Notes: generated by a model from the letters alone, not told the origin. DNA of 64,000 nucleotides from Marsupella aquatica (GCA_973895155.1 OZ316895.1:15940816-16004815), one strand, 5' to 3'; counted from the first letter of the stretch, positions 1 to 13,794 are shown. Numbers and translations are program-made.

Positions 1-1939
1 TCTACTCGATCTTGGGGAGTACGGGAGCCTAATAAGGCTTCCGGCATCGTTTGCAAAGTGAAAAAGTAGGTGGTTTCTGCCGAATGGAGTGCTGCCGCTG
101 GGCCAGGGACAGAGGCTTCTGTCAGCGTTTCCGTAATGAAGCGTCTGGCGGTTCCGGCCCAATAGGGTGCTGCCTATGGGCCAGGGACCGGAGGCTTCCG
201 TCATCGTTTCCGTCGTGAACAGTAGGTCTGGTGGTTCTAGCCCAATGGGGTGCTGTGGGTGGGCCAGGGCCAGGCCCACAACTCATGCAATTTAGTGACT
301 AAGCAATGGGCGTCGGCAATCATTACTGTGCAAGGACAGCAGCACAGGTACTTCGACTTCGCGTTGCTGACTACCCTCTGGCATGAACGTCGTCGGACGT
401 CGTCTCGTCGAACGACAGTTGAATCTCGAAAGCAATCTTTACGGACTATAAAAATAAAGACCTGACAACCCTCACGTTGGATGCCGCCGGTAGAGCAACA
501 ACTACTGCGTGTAGACTAAGGTAGAGTAACAACAACTGAGTGAACGCTATATTATAAATTACTGAAAATGAAAACGAGAGGGAGCCAGCCCGAACGAAGG
601 CCAGGGTAAATGAAGAGGCGAAACTGAGAAAGGAGACTTAGATCTGCTGATCTGTGCTCGTGGAACGGCGATTCACGCGGAGTGGACCCACTGTCCCACC
701 TGCCACCATTATTTGTGTAGTGGAGATTCATGCGTAGTGGACCCACTCTCCCACCTGTGAGATTGATGAACCTCTCTCTTCTCTCTGGGTGGCTTTCCAA
801 GAAGTGAGCGACTTTACAGGAAGGGAGGGGCACTTTTGACCTTTTTTCTACGACGAAGCTGGAGAGCACTTCTTGTCCTATAGGTATACTCTACGACCAA
901 AACTTTCTTTTATAATGAAGCTCAATAGATAAAATTCTTCCTAGTAAAGTACAATCAAAGCTGCTCTCACTAGATGCAAATCTTACTAGTAAGGTGCAAT
1001 GGAAAGCTACTCCTTAGGTCTCCCGTGTAGAGCGAAGGACCTGTGTATTTTCTAAGTGCCAATTTTAGCCAAATTCCACCTCCCCAAAAAGTGTTTGCCA
1101 ATTTAACGTTCCTCACATTTTTCTTGTGTCATTGCCGCTTTCTCACGTAATCATGTACCCTATTCACCAAAATCTAATGGTCATCCTTAAATTTAGGGAT
1201 ATCTGACTGTCAGATATAATCCAGAGAAAGCTGACAAAAAAAATTCCTAGCATCTACTCCCTTAGAGCTCCTCACATTAGCCACAGTGGCTAAAAATTAA
1301 AAACCTTAAAAAATACGCTGTCTGGACTGTGACTTGGGACGCATAACTAAAATCTGGGGTGGGGGTGGCGAACAAACATTGGGGGCAAGGTCAGTCCCTG
1401 GACACGAGTTCAATGCAAGTACATGAGCAACAGCTGGGGCAACGGGCTTGCGTTCCACAGTGGGTGAACAGGGAAGGGAATTGAAATTCAATACCTATGA
1501 GGTGAACTCCTAATGACAGCAAAGGTGGCGCAAGGCATGGCAATGGAACTGCATGGGCATGCAAGGGAGCTTTCCGGTCCACACTCCACAGAGTGTACCC
1601 CGTGTATGCTTGAGGCCAGAGCAGGCTGAAATCTGGAAGGGGCAAAATTTCATCCCAGAGCAACAGCAGGAGTGGAACGTGCATGTTTGGATCAAAGCAC
1701 AATTGCAAGCTCGCGATGTCAGTTAAATGCATAGTTGGCTTGTGAAGTGTATTCCATGTGTGTTTGAGGCAACGGCAAACTGAAATCCAAATGGGGCAAA
1801 ACTTTATCCGGGAGCAGCATTAGGGGTGGAAGCTGCAAGTTCAGATTCAAACCCAATCAGAAGCTGTGGATGTGAGATGGCATACTGACTTAGATTGTAT
1901 TATTGACAACTAGCCCCATGCCCGTGCGTTGCACGAAAG

Positions 1940-2260
1940 ATTTAGAGTGAGGGCAAGATTTCGAGGGGATGGCAAGATGTCGATGCGAGGTCAAGATGTT
2001 GAGGTGGGCAAGATTTGAAGGTGAGGGAAAGATGTTGAGGCGAGGGCAAGATTTTAGGGTGAGGGCAAGATGTCGAGGTGAAGGCAAGATGTCAAGGTGA
2101 GAGAAGATTTCAAGGTGAGGGAAATATATTGGGGCGAGGGCAAGATGTTTAGAGAGGTAAAGTTGTCAAGGCGAGGAAAATATGTTAATGCGAGGGGAAG
2201 ACGTCAAGGAAAGGAGATTGCATTTGGTGAGGGAAAGATGTGAAGGCAAGGCAAACATGG
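1940..2260 (-). repeat. Helitron 3' subterminal short tandem repeats (about 20-bp gaggtgagggcaagatgtt-like units)
   Basis: Repeated ggcaagat/gaggtga units between the helicase end and the 3' hairpin. Confidence 0.7.
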
Positions 2261-2371
2261 TTGTGCATTGCAAAGATATAATTGAGGCAATAAGTCAAGT
2301 GATGCAATCTTTATTCACGCGTTCAATAAAGAACTTCATCATATACAACATTTTTTGTCAACCTTGCATGG

Positions 2372-5300
2372 TCAACCCTCCTCGGAATCCGTAAGTAGAA
2401 CCTTGATAGTTGTAAGATATGTTACCCTTGAGAATGCTTCATACAATTGTCCATGACTGAAGACAGGCTTTGAAAGTTGTAATCCTACATGTTCTAAAGT
2501 CTGTCCTTGAGCCTTGCTTATGGTCATTGCATATGCCACTCGGATGGGAAATTGGACCCTACGTAATAAAAAGGGAAGTGATTCATCAGATGTCAATGGA
2601 ATGTGTGGGATAAATGTAAGGGTCCCTGCATGTTTTCCTGCAAGAACTCGTGCCTCAATGACACGACGACTCATGGCTTTCACAATCAGCCGAGTGCCAT
2701 TACACAATCCCAAAGAGTAATCTATATTCCTAAGTAAAATGATAGGGCATCCAACCTTGAGTACCAACTTATGAGGTGGCAGACCACTTGGCGTGAGTGT
2801 ATTCAAGACCTCTGTAGGGTAGAAATTCTCCCCTTCAAGCTAATCCGGACGATCAACGCTAAGGAACTCAGCTGATTCCCCGGGAAGTCCTTCTAAGATA
2901 GAGTCGTTAATTTTTAGCGCCTCGTCATTTGTCAGAGCCAAGATAGTTCTCTCGCTTAGGAAGTTATCATCCACATTAGCAAGTGATGGGTAAATTGCAT
3001 GAATCAATGATTCCACACGTCCTCCATCCACCACCATACACTCAGGGCAAGTAATTAGATTATTTGAAGGCCCTCCCTTTGGGAGTTTATCATCGCCCAA
3101 TTTTAGTAGCCACTCCAGAAATGTAACATTACCAAATTCAGGAGATGCAGTAGTTCCTCTTGCCCGCATATTTCCAGTTAGCTTGAAAGTCTCGGGGGGG
3201 TCACTATATGAAGGGTCATACATCACGTGCGACGGTTTGGGTCATTTATGACCCCCCTAAGTCACTTTCTAGAAAGTTGTACGACACCAATCATGTGATG
3301 ACACGTATGCATTTTGCAATTAAACAACCCTATATTTCCATAGAAGACTTAATAAGTCTTCCGCCAAAACCATTTAAATGGCCCTATACTTCGTCGCACA
3401 TGATATGTCACTTCCATGGAAGTGACCCCCCCGAGTTGAAAGTCCGTATACAGCTCCAAATATAAGACTTCTTCAAGTTACATGACCCCACAATCTCTGG
3501 ACGACTTGCCCTTGCCTTCACTGGAAGTACTTGTTGAAAATCTCCTGCAAATACAACTACAACCCCTCCAAAGATCCGGTCATTACCTCGTATATCGCGT
3601 AAAGTTCTATCCAACGCCTCCACTCCATGCCGATGAATCATGGGTGCTTCATCCCACAAAATAAAAGTTGCCCTCTAAAATAATCCAGCAAGGTTAGATT
3701 GTTTTGGGATGGCACATGTCGATGTCGAGATTGGTTTCAATGGTAGCTTGAATATATCGTGAATGCACGGTGCGTCCTCCATCTAACAAAAGACTTGCAA
3801 TACCCGAGGAAGCTACGGCCAGTGTGACGTCCCCATCTGAACGGACTCGCCGAAATAGAACATTCTCCACAAAAGTTTTCCCCGTCCCCCCAGGTCCATC
3901 AATAAAGTATGTTGATCCATCTCGAGTCCTAACCGCTGCAAGTATTGCATTGTATGTTGCCCTTTGACCCTCATTCAATAACGGCTCTTGTTCTACAAGT
4001 TGTTGTAGAAGGACATCCATCGGATAACAAATCTCCTCTCTTATCAAACGATTTCTATTCACCTCCTCTTGGAAAAACTGCATACCTGGTTCCGGAAGAC
4101 TAAACTCCAACAATGTTTTACCGACACTTTTCAAAGCCTCATCCATCAAATATAGAGCAAAGCTTTGTTGTTGTTGCTCCGTTGAATCTAAGAACCCCAT
4201 CAATTGCAAACGATGCCTACAATCATCACTCAAATTGGATGCATGTTGTGTCCATAGGTCGCATGGTTTGGCAACACCTCCAAACAATAATATTGTAATA
4301 AATAGTTGCCTCATTTGCGCCCCAATATTGTGCATGCTTGCCACTTCTTGAAGACATCTATCCCATTCCTCATCATTCTCATAGTTACAAACCTCGGGCA
4401 AGAGCCGCAGCCTGAAAAGTTGGGTATATAGTGCCCTCAAAAGTGTGAAGGTCAATGAACGATGTTGCGCCTTTGATGTGAAGAAGAAGCGCCCTTAGGT
4501 AGTACCGTTCGCCCGCGGCTAGCGGCACAAAATACATCCTACCGATGCTAAACCCTCTTCTTCATGGGTTCCATGCATGGGACGACGCATCCCATACAAA
4601 CTCATGGGGGAAATTGTTGTATAAAAGTTCTCTTGCATGTTCATGCAATTCATTAGCTTTGAACCACCTTGTGAGAGTTGTGTCCCTGTGAGATTCTCGT
4701 TGCACCACATCATTGATCTCTGAATCCTCATTGAACATTATTGATTGTTCCCCCTTACAATGCACTTGCAATTGTTGCACCGAAGGAGTACTCTCAGACA
4801 TTTCAAACTGATTAATGCGCCATACTCCTTCAGCAGCAGACACATACCTCGCATCTAAATGCTCCTTCACTTCATCTCGTTGCTCCACCTCCACCATTGC
4901 TTTATTGTGCCCCTTATAATAGTACTTATATAAATACTTGATTGCTTTAATGGAGCAACAAATCTCCACATTGATATGAGCATTAAATCTCATGCTCAAA
5001 TATGGACTGTGAGGAACAACCCACCTATTGTCAAACTCAAACCCGCTGCGGTCCTTTGAGAAACTGCGGCCATCATCCCGGCGTCGATGCAAAGGATATC
5101 CATCATCTCCAAAAACTGTTTCGGCTGAGAATGATCGCGGATAGCCCTTGCTGCACTGTCCGTCAACCATGCAAGGTGACTTTGGATACCCACGGCCGCA
5201 AGGACCATGCACCATGGACTTCATTATAGTCTAATATAATTGGGGATGTACTCGTGCATTCGGTATCTCTGCCGAAACCAACTGGTCAACCAACTCCGGG

Positions 5301-6650
5301 GTGCGAAGCTTATGTCATTCCACCAATATTATCAAAATGTGGTATCGCCAACAGGGCCTTCAACTTCAGTTTGAACACTCTTGCAACAATGTCATCACGG
5401 TCGGCCGGGGTCTAGTAGGGATAGCAGTCCAATATGATTTCAGGCCATTCAAGATTGCAAGTAAATGTTATGAAAAGGTCTGGAGGCCCATACGTTCAAA
5501 CAATAGCCATGGCATCCTGATAGGCCTGCATCATATGGCGTGCACTACCCCCATAGGTCAAAGGTAAAATATAAGTCCTACCCACATCACTTGCTCGTGT
5601 ATCCCCTTCTTGAACTGCATCTTGTAGCCCTTGATACAACTTGGTCCTTAGCTTTTTCTGATTATTACGAATACAGGTGAGCCGTGTTTGGTCTATGCAT
5701 GTTAGCAGACTTCCACATGGTTATACTCCTAAAACCATCCAACAAAGCAGTACACAAATGTTGGTGCTACTGCCTAGCTAGGATGTCACCCGCCTCCCAG
5801 GATCTCAAGGGCATACACAAGCTGTTGCACTTGAATCGTCCCTCTCAGCTAATTGGATCGAGTAAGGGATTCCTCAGGATGACAAGATGAAGCGGCACAC
5901 CATATAAAGGAGACCCTCACGATTTAAGTCCAGTACTACAGGTAATCTACCCGGTAAAACAGATATGGATTTCTCTATCCTAGCTGAGACAGTGGGAAGG
6001 GGTCAAATTTTGGGAGACATAGGAGATTAGGAGACAACTTACATGTGGTGCCTTCAGAGAGTATCTCAACATACCGTCCGATCAAGATACAAGTACACAA
6101 GTGTCCCAAGAAACCTGTAACGATTGAAAGGCCATATCAGAAATAAACCATATACTAAGGCGAACATCATATTTTGAGTCTTAAATCGAGGACCGACCAT
6201 TTGTGCGTAGTATTGAAGTTGAGTCACCTTCTTAGAACCATTTCGTCCACCCCTGGCTCTTAGCTTGACGGCCACAATGACCCCATCTTGGAATTCATGG
6301 CCAGCCAAGGGGATGTCGTAAGACCACCCGTCTGTCCGTGAGGGAAGAGTAAAACATAATGGAGGGGAGCATATGACCTATGCCACTCAGAAATCCGTTG
6401 TAGGTCACCATCCATCTTCCTTAGAATTATGTCCCTCCCATGTGTTTCAATGTCCTCATGTCCGACCATTATCACACCAATTTCATCTGTTGTTGGCTTA
6501 TTATAGCGCCTGGGGTCTGTGTCTCGCTCTGCTATAATACATAGGGATACGTTCGGCACCTCGATGCCATCAATGCGGTTCCCTGCATTTTTGAAGACCC
6601 TCACATATGGATTGTATGTATGTAGCATCTCTTGCAAGGAAGCCAACACC
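2372..6650 (-). pseudogene. Helitron Rep-helicase (HUH Rep + Pif1 SF1 helicase), broken by stops, frameshifts and insertions
   Basis: Motifs: RYNKPT, YAPLHYVLLFPHG, YQDAMAIV..YGPPDLFITFTCN, MVHGPCG, HINVEIC..IKAIKYLYKY, Walker A GPGGTGKT, WDEAPM, GDFQQVLPV, L..NMR, GLCNGTRL, QFPIRVAYAMTISKAQGQTL, HGQLY.AFSR. Confidence 0.95.
3191..3435. mobile_element. 245-bp MITE with 8-bp TSD, inserted in the Helitron helicase
   Basis: TIRs CTCGGGGGGGTCACT...AGTGACCCCCCCGAG; TSD TTGAAAGT at 3183-3190 and 3436-3443. Removing it rejoins ...WSCIRTF|KLTGNMRA. Confidence 0.92.
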
Positions 6651-7405
6651 GCTAGCTTGATCCAATTGTGGCATCCTTTTCATCCTAGAACCCAAGAAAA
6701 AACCATAAGACAAAGCTTATTGCAAAGATCATGTAATATCACAAGAAATTGAGTTTAGAAAAGTTGTGCATGTTAATTACCTGTTCCCAATTTTGTCCGT
6801 CAAACTTCTTCACTTTTGTACCCTTGACACTTCCGGGATCTACACAATGGACTGACACGGCTATGCCATCACTGTTGTTTAAGACATTTTTATCGACTCA
6901 GACCCCACTCATTCCCATGTCACATCGTCAATACACGATCTAGATGTCGGAGTCACTCCTAAGTCGAGGAGCTTAGCGACTCCAAACTATTCAGAGGAAA
7001 CTGAAGCAAATAAGCATCTCCAAAATGAAAATGGTGAGATGGCCACTGATTCTATTTGCGATCGTTGCTTTTCCTGCACCATCACCATCAAAATCAACAA
7101 CGAGAATTCGTGCAGAGGTTGTGGCGCGGAGGAGCGCTCGTTACAGTTTGGATTGCGGGCGGGATGGATTGTAGTGGACGTTAATTACTTAACTGTTTCT
7201 AGTGACAAGTGCTTACTTACTTTCGATTACACATTTAAATTTTTTTTCTCTTTTTAATTATTACTTAATGGTTATTGTTATTACTTAATGTTGTGCATTC
7301 TGTTATTTAGGGGTTGAAAAAATGGTTATTGTCTATCTCAACTTCAATAATTTGTTATCTAAAGGTAAATAATACGGTTAATTGTAAAACAAGTTTACAT
7401 GAATT

Positions 7406-7571
7406 TTTACGGCATGGCGTCCCCAGTTTTACCAAAATCTTGTCGCAAACACGAATGTGGGCATAATTTCATTGTGGAGACCAATTCGTTCCTGTTTGTT
7501 GCGGTTGTTGTTGATGTGGCACGTTGTGGTGCCAAGAATTTTGGAAGGGACCTCTAGTGGGGTCCGTAAAT
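7406..7571. repeat. About 165-bp dispersed MITE-like repeat (second copy at 54937-55103)
   Basis: Shared sequence ttgttgatgtggcacg..tggtgcca.gaattttggaagggacctctagtggggtccgtaaata, with short inverted ends TTTACGG/CCGTAAA. Confidence 0.7.
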
Positions 7572-7789
7572 AAATTCAATAAACTTAGAATGAACGTATG
7601 AAAAATAAAACTTTTTAATTGAGGAGGATAAAATTCATTTCTATAAAAAAATGAATAGTAACAAATGGAAACATTCAATAAATGTCAAAAGACAAAATGA
7701 CAATGAAAGAGCTTTAGTTTGATTCTTAGCTTTAGGTTGAATTAACTAATATATTATCATGCCAACTTTGTCTAGGTATATGTTTGGCA

Positions 7790-8791
7790 GGACCTTTGCC
7801 AAAAACAAATTTAAGTGATAGGCCCCTACTAAACTTTCGTTACAAACTAAGTCCCCCAAAAAATTGATCCTACAAACTAGGGCCCTTATATAGATTACAA
7901 ACTAAGTTCCCCAAAAGATTGTTGCTACAAACTTGGCCCCTTACGTAAGTTCCGTACACATGGTTCTTATGTGGTGTCTAACTGCATGGTCAACCTTACA
8001 TTTCCCACTGCACTCCATCGAGCAGCGCATCATAGTCCATGCCACCGCATGTACCGATATGCTTGAAATCATAATGGATTGTCTCTTCACATGATTATAG
8101 AGTTTTAAGGGATCATCCGCCACTACATGATAGCAGGTTTGTATAGTATTTAGTCTCAACATTTCATCTAGTTCTTGCAGGCTAGTAAAATTTCCCCATT
8201 AGGATTGACTCCATGTTGTCTTTGTTTTGCACTTAGATAAATTTTGAATGTTGCAACAAGGGTAAACAGCCAAAAATAAATGATCATTGGGTCCCTCCAT
8301 ACTTACACAAATTTGGGGTCTAGATGTGATAAGACAATATCCATGTTGCCTTTGTTCCACACTTGGACAATTTTTGAATGTTGTTGAGGGCCAATGGCCA
8401 AAAGTAGAGGATTCATTCAATATTGTCTTAGAGAAAAGAACAAAGCCAAATGTCAAAACGTCATGCAAACCCTATGCGTAAAGTTGCATGAAGCAACCGT
8501 CCTAAAGACGGACCGTATGGTAGAAATTCAAACCTGAAGACATGACCATGTCTTCACTTAGGAACTCGCAGTTTGCGCGATGGCGGCCATTACTCTACAG
8601 TTCCCCTAATGGTATAGTTTGTCATTTAGCATGGTTTGACTATAAACTTTGCATTAGCTCATATTGGTGATACTATCAAGCTAAAACTCCTTATAGGAAC
8701 TTCACAAGAACATTTGACACTAAGGGGGCCTATTTTGTTTCAAAATCATTTCGTACGAGCCTATCACTTAAATTTGTTTGGCAGGGGTCCC
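7790..8791. mobile_element. About 1-kb non-autonomous TIR element (Mutator-like)
   Basis: Inverted ends ggacctttgccaaaaacaaatttaagtgataggcc and gcctatcacttaaatttgtttggcaggggtcc. No clear TSD. Confidence 0.55.
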
Positions 8792-9321
8792 ATCAAGCAT
8801 AAACCTCCAACTTTGTCGTATGTTTACAAACTTGACAAGAAGGAACAAAATCTAGCCTTCCAAAGTTTTATTTGTCACTATTGGATTGTGTGGAGTGGGT
8901 GCCCAAAAGAAGTCTATTATCTTGGGTGAGGGGCTATGTACAATAGGCTACTATGGGGTATTAAGCCATCGTGCGTGTAGATATCTACCATATCTTATCT
9001 ATCCTGCCAAAAAGATGGGATTGATCATTCATTTACAAATTGATAAAAAAGCTAGTAAGAACCAATCCTGACCCTTCATCAAAACATTGTTATTCTGTCA
9101 TCATCAGATCTATCCATACGCCTCATATAAAATAAATGTCTAGTGCCCAAGCTTCCCTTTAGCCTGCCCTCATCTCCCCAAGATCAAAAACGTAATCAAA
9201 TATATATATAGATATATTATTTGAATTATTTTTGTAAAACTTGAAAAAGCATTTTGAATATATAGTAGAATATAGAAATATATATTTCTCCACAAATTTG
9301 AAACTTTTGGTTAACTCTTGT

Positions 9322-10030
9322 CGCTTGATTGTGCTTGGACTCTATGATGCAATGGCCACTATCTTGCGTCTCCAATCGTATGTGCAATGCATGGGTTATT
9401 GAACACAAGCACATTACTGTATGATTGGGATAACACATAACATGCCTCAACAACTACATCGCAAAACAAATATATTTTGCCTCACCTTGACAACTTTGTG
9501 ACTTGCCTTGACACTTTTTTCTAATCTTTATGTAATTATTTATTCTTCCTCAACATCTTTATCTTCCTTTGACATCGTTTTCAATCTCATGTTGCCATTT
9601 TTTATCACACTTACATCGTCATCTCACCATGACATGTTTTTCTAACCCTTGACATATTTTCTCTCCTTCGCATCTTTTTCTTTCCTCAACATCTTTTCTT
9701 ATTTGGTTTGATATCTTTTCCTCTCGACATCATTTCTCACTTTGACCTCGACCTCGACATCTTATTTTTTTTCTCATCTCGCCATCTTTTTCTCACCTTA
9801 ACATCTTTATTTCACCACAATATCTTTCCCCCACCCTTGAGCTTTGACATCGTCTCTCTCATTGACATATCTTCCTTGTCTTTACATTTTTTCTCTCCTC
9901 GTCAAATTTTTCTCACCTAAACTTCTTTTCCTCACCTCGACATATATTTCTCTCATCAACATCGATCTTTTCACTGGAGCGACAACCTTTCCTCACCTCG
10001 GTATGTTTCTTCACCATCCTCAATGCGAAT
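9322..10030 (+). repeat. Helitron-related 3'-end remnant (related copy at 62791-63230)
   Basis: 9322-9467 aligns with 62791-62936. The following cctcaacatcttt/ctcaccttgaca units resemble the reverse complement of 1940-2260. Confidence 0.55.
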
Positions 10031-10395
10031 TGTCATGACGAGATGATTCACCCTTGCATGTACAAATGCTTTGTTTTGTCCTAATCTAAACTTTACTTAT
10101 ATTTATCTCCCATCTTACTTTCTTTGTTGCCCAACATATTCTTTGTTAGCATTGAGTTCTCTGTTTTTCTCCAATAGATCTTTTTGCTTTCCCAGTTTCC
10201 AGGATTCATTTTCTTTGCAACCCATTTGCACTGGATTTTCTCCGACAACCCTTTGTGTCAACCCAAAATGTTTCACAATCATGTCACTTTGCTCCAACTT
10301 AGGTGTTTGTTTTCTTTCCTTAGGAAGGGTAGTGGGAGATGGAGGTGGGAGTTAAATGGACAAAAGGACTGTGGGGAAAAGAAAATAACAAGGGG

Positions 10396-10738
10396 TGTTG
10401 AGCATAGACGACAATCGCAACGGCAAGCCCATGAATCATCCAACGCACAAGAACCGACACAGAGAGATACATGGTTCACCTCCACATGAGGCTACGTCCA
10501 CGAGAACACACGAGAGCTTTACTGCACTCTAGGCCGACCGGCCATACCAAGCATCCACAGCGCAAGCTCTCCCTATCTCTCAACTAGCTCCGTAACAATG
10601 AACCTGAGTTCCCAGTCTCCAAGAACACCGCTTGGGTACAGAGTGTGCACAACATGACTAACCTAACCAAGTCTACTACTAAGGTTAGCCTTAACTATGA
10701 TACAACCGTTACTCTAGACATAAGAGTAAATCCTAACA
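10396..10738 (-). mobile_element. Solo LTR, 343 bp
   Basis: TGTTG...CTAACA ends; 5-bp TSD AGGGG at 10391-10395 and 10739-10743. Homologous to the LTR at 47786-48127, whose PBS gives the orientation. Confidence 0.9.
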
Positions 10739-13700
10739 AGGGGGACCCTAGTCCATCTACCTGTTTGCTTGCATCCATATACCTTGCACTTCACTGTGCC
10801 CTTGCTCTCTCAAACAACATCATATTCACAACACCAACACCAATAAAAATGATGACAACATTGTGCCACCAATAACCATGCACCCAAGAAACAAGAATAA
10901 CAATTTTGTAACCACAACATGACTACACAGATTACAAGTTGGGAATGACAACACATCTGTAGTAATTAAAGCCTGGATGCAACGACAATGTACCCAGTTA
11001 AAATTGACTGCAACGATAACGTACCCAATTGAAACAAAATTGACCTTCACAACCACGACACAACTGTAGTGAAAACCCAACCACAAGCACAACACAATCG
11101 GGAACACAATTGCAATGAAATTATGCAATACATGGGACGGTGTTGGGCTCAAAGCTTCACCTTGCCTCCACAACAAGTATTAATTTTCCTTTGATGATTT
11201 CTGCAACAATGTATTTGCTTTGAAACAACATCTTTTACGCAGTGACATCTTTTGCAAAGTTATTTATCTTTTATGTAACATTTTTTTGCATCAACATATT
11301 TCACGAAACAACATCTTTTACGCAAAGACATGTTTTATGCAATGACTTCTCTTTTCAACAACAATTTAAAGATGTAACAACAGCTTCTATGCGACGCATG
11401 AGTATTAAGTTATCCAGAGTATAACAAAAGAAAAACAATGACACTCTATCCCAATTCAAGTAAAGATGAAAATTCTATACTGTGGTGCAAAGAGATGTCC
11501 TAACTAAATTTAATGTTCAATTTATTCATGGAGTGAGGTTAGGTCCAATAGTGTAAATCACCTCAAATATTCTATTATTTGTTGTTATAAAAATGTGAAG
11601 CAACATAGGGAAAAGTTTATAGGTAATTATAAAATCAGGAGTAAAGCGATAGAGCTTCAAACGATGCAAAACTCCAAACTATATGCTAAAAGTTTAAAGT
11701 CATATAGCCCATGTGTTATGCATTGAGAATGTGCACAAACCACACAAGGCACCAAAAACTACTCCTAAAACATAAAATATAGTATACATTCTTCAACTGT
11801 GTGAATTGAAGAGATGCACAAAACCAAAATGAAGCATTGAGTATACACACAGGTGTACTGATAATACAACTTCCATGACACATCGACCTTGGACCCACAG
11901 GCCTCCACAACATTTGTAATTTATTTGTCTTTGTCACATTTAGGTCTACTTGAGAAAGCAGTTTGTGTGAATTGTTAGGATGAATGTGGGAGCAAGTGTT
12001 ATTTTGATGTTTTGCTCAAAATAAGAAACGCCCACAGTCAAAGGCAAAATAAATAAACTTATGACAAGAGTTGGGTTTAGGCCAACACACAATTTTTGAG
12101 TATATGCTCAATTCAGTGCGCGAATTCAAATGGCAATATGGTAATATAGCCAGTACCTTGTGCCTACATTGTTCACTATAATTAGTGTTATGCAAGAATT
12201 AATGTTAGTATAAAATTAGTGTTACTAACTCAAAATTGTGCTAACGCTAATTCTTGCATAACATTAATTGTAGGTACAGGTATTTAGTGTTACTTGGACC
12301 AAAATTAGCGTTACTAACAATTTTGATCCAAGTAACACTCATTTTTGTGGGTTTTCAAAACAATTTTTTTCCACTTTATTTTAAATTTCTTGTAAAAAAT
12401 GAATGATCTTGAGTCCAAAGTAACAAACTTAAAGCCCCGATGGACACAAACCTTTGCATAAACGCCAGGATGGACAGACACAACCTGCATGGACACAACG
12501 TAAACTCAGAACTTTGCTTGTATAGCACACTATGGCAAAAGTGACCTGTAACGAGTGTTGTGACCGGGACCAGGAGGTTTCCGTCGGTACTCCCGGTAGT
12601 CTGTCCATGACATTGGTTTTCCTTCCTGCAACAACGAGCACAGGGCGACATTGACATTAAGCGCGGTAAGCTACAGAACATCTCTACTAGGGTTCTTCCA
12701 TTTTCTGCATTCGGCACCCTTCGTGCTATGATTGCTTGCCAATGTCGAAGATGATTTGAATCGATTCAGTTTGCTTCTCCTTGTGGTCTGTTTGCTCGAA
12801 ATTGCAAGACAGATGCTAACTTTGGGAGCTGATCAAGCCGCCCCCTTTGTAGCTGAACTTTGCTGCAGGTGTTCACAGCTGAACGTCGCATCTGAAGGTC
12901 TCAACTAATCTCAGCTGAAGTCCGAAGCAGCTCAATCTTATGGGTCAAGGTTGCTGCTCAAGGTCGTAGCTCTTTTCGCAGCAGCTCATGTTTGCAGCTT
13001 CAATTTCGCCCAGAGTTCAGCAGCGAATCGCCCCCGACTGTAGTTCAGATTTGGCCTGCAGATGTCAATCACAGCTCTATTTTGCAGCAACTCATGGCTG
13101 GTAGCAACCCCTGAATCGCAGCTTCAGTTCAGCCGGGAGGGAGTTCAGCAGCTCTTTGATGTAGTCGTTCAGCAGCTTGATGCTGCTAGAATGAGTTGAG
13201 CACTTTAGCCGGTTCAGGGCAGTAGTTCAGTTGGGAGTTCGCACCTCATTTTTGCAACCACCCTCTAGTTTGCAGCTGAATTTCATGAGCTGATCGCCTC
13301 CAACTCAAGTTCAAACCTAAGTACATTGCGCAGCCAGGTGTTTGCTATCCCAATCAGGTTCCTAAACAACTGTATCACTTCGCTTCACCCGAGGGATAGC
13401 GGCCCTTCACTAGAAGAAAACAGGGCCCTTTATGACCAATCACCCAATGACAGAGATGAATAAATGACCAAAAGTTTTAATGACACAAAAAGAATGACGG
13501 GGGAATGACTGTCCACAATGACCAATAGACTGAAATGACAAAATGTTAATTTTTTCGTCATTTTGTATAATGTCTATAATGACTGATGCGACCAAAATGA
13601 CCCAATTTCCCTAAATGGTCAATTTAGACACATGTCTTAAATGACACAATTAATAACAACAATGATAAATCAGTGTTTAGCAACATTATAGTCACTCTGG

Positions 13701-13794
13701 ACAATGACTGAAATGACCAAAAATCTATTTGCATCATTTTGGACAACGGTGATAAATGACAAAAAATGTATTATCGTCATTTTAACCAACGGTG

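Larger units (their letters stand above)
1910..7200 (-). mobile_element. Helitron (degenerate autonomous-type); 3' end at 1910, 5' end uncertain
   Basis: On the minus strand the 3' terminus is a CGTGC-AAC-GCACG hairpin (1923-1935) followed by CTAG (1910-1913) and then T. Rep/Pif1 helicase fragments lie at 2372-6650. An alternative 5' end, A|TCTATATATATA, sits at 9212. Confidence 0.85.

Noticed and set aside
20-900. About 80-bp GC-rich repeats and short ORFs at the window start
   Set aside because: Probably part of a transposon continuing to the left, but no termini or domains are visible to classify it.
9201-9213. A|TCTATATATATA as the Helitron 5' terminus
   Set aside because: It fits the consensus but could be a chance TA microsatellite. 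It cannot be confirmed without sister copies, so it was not used as the boundary.
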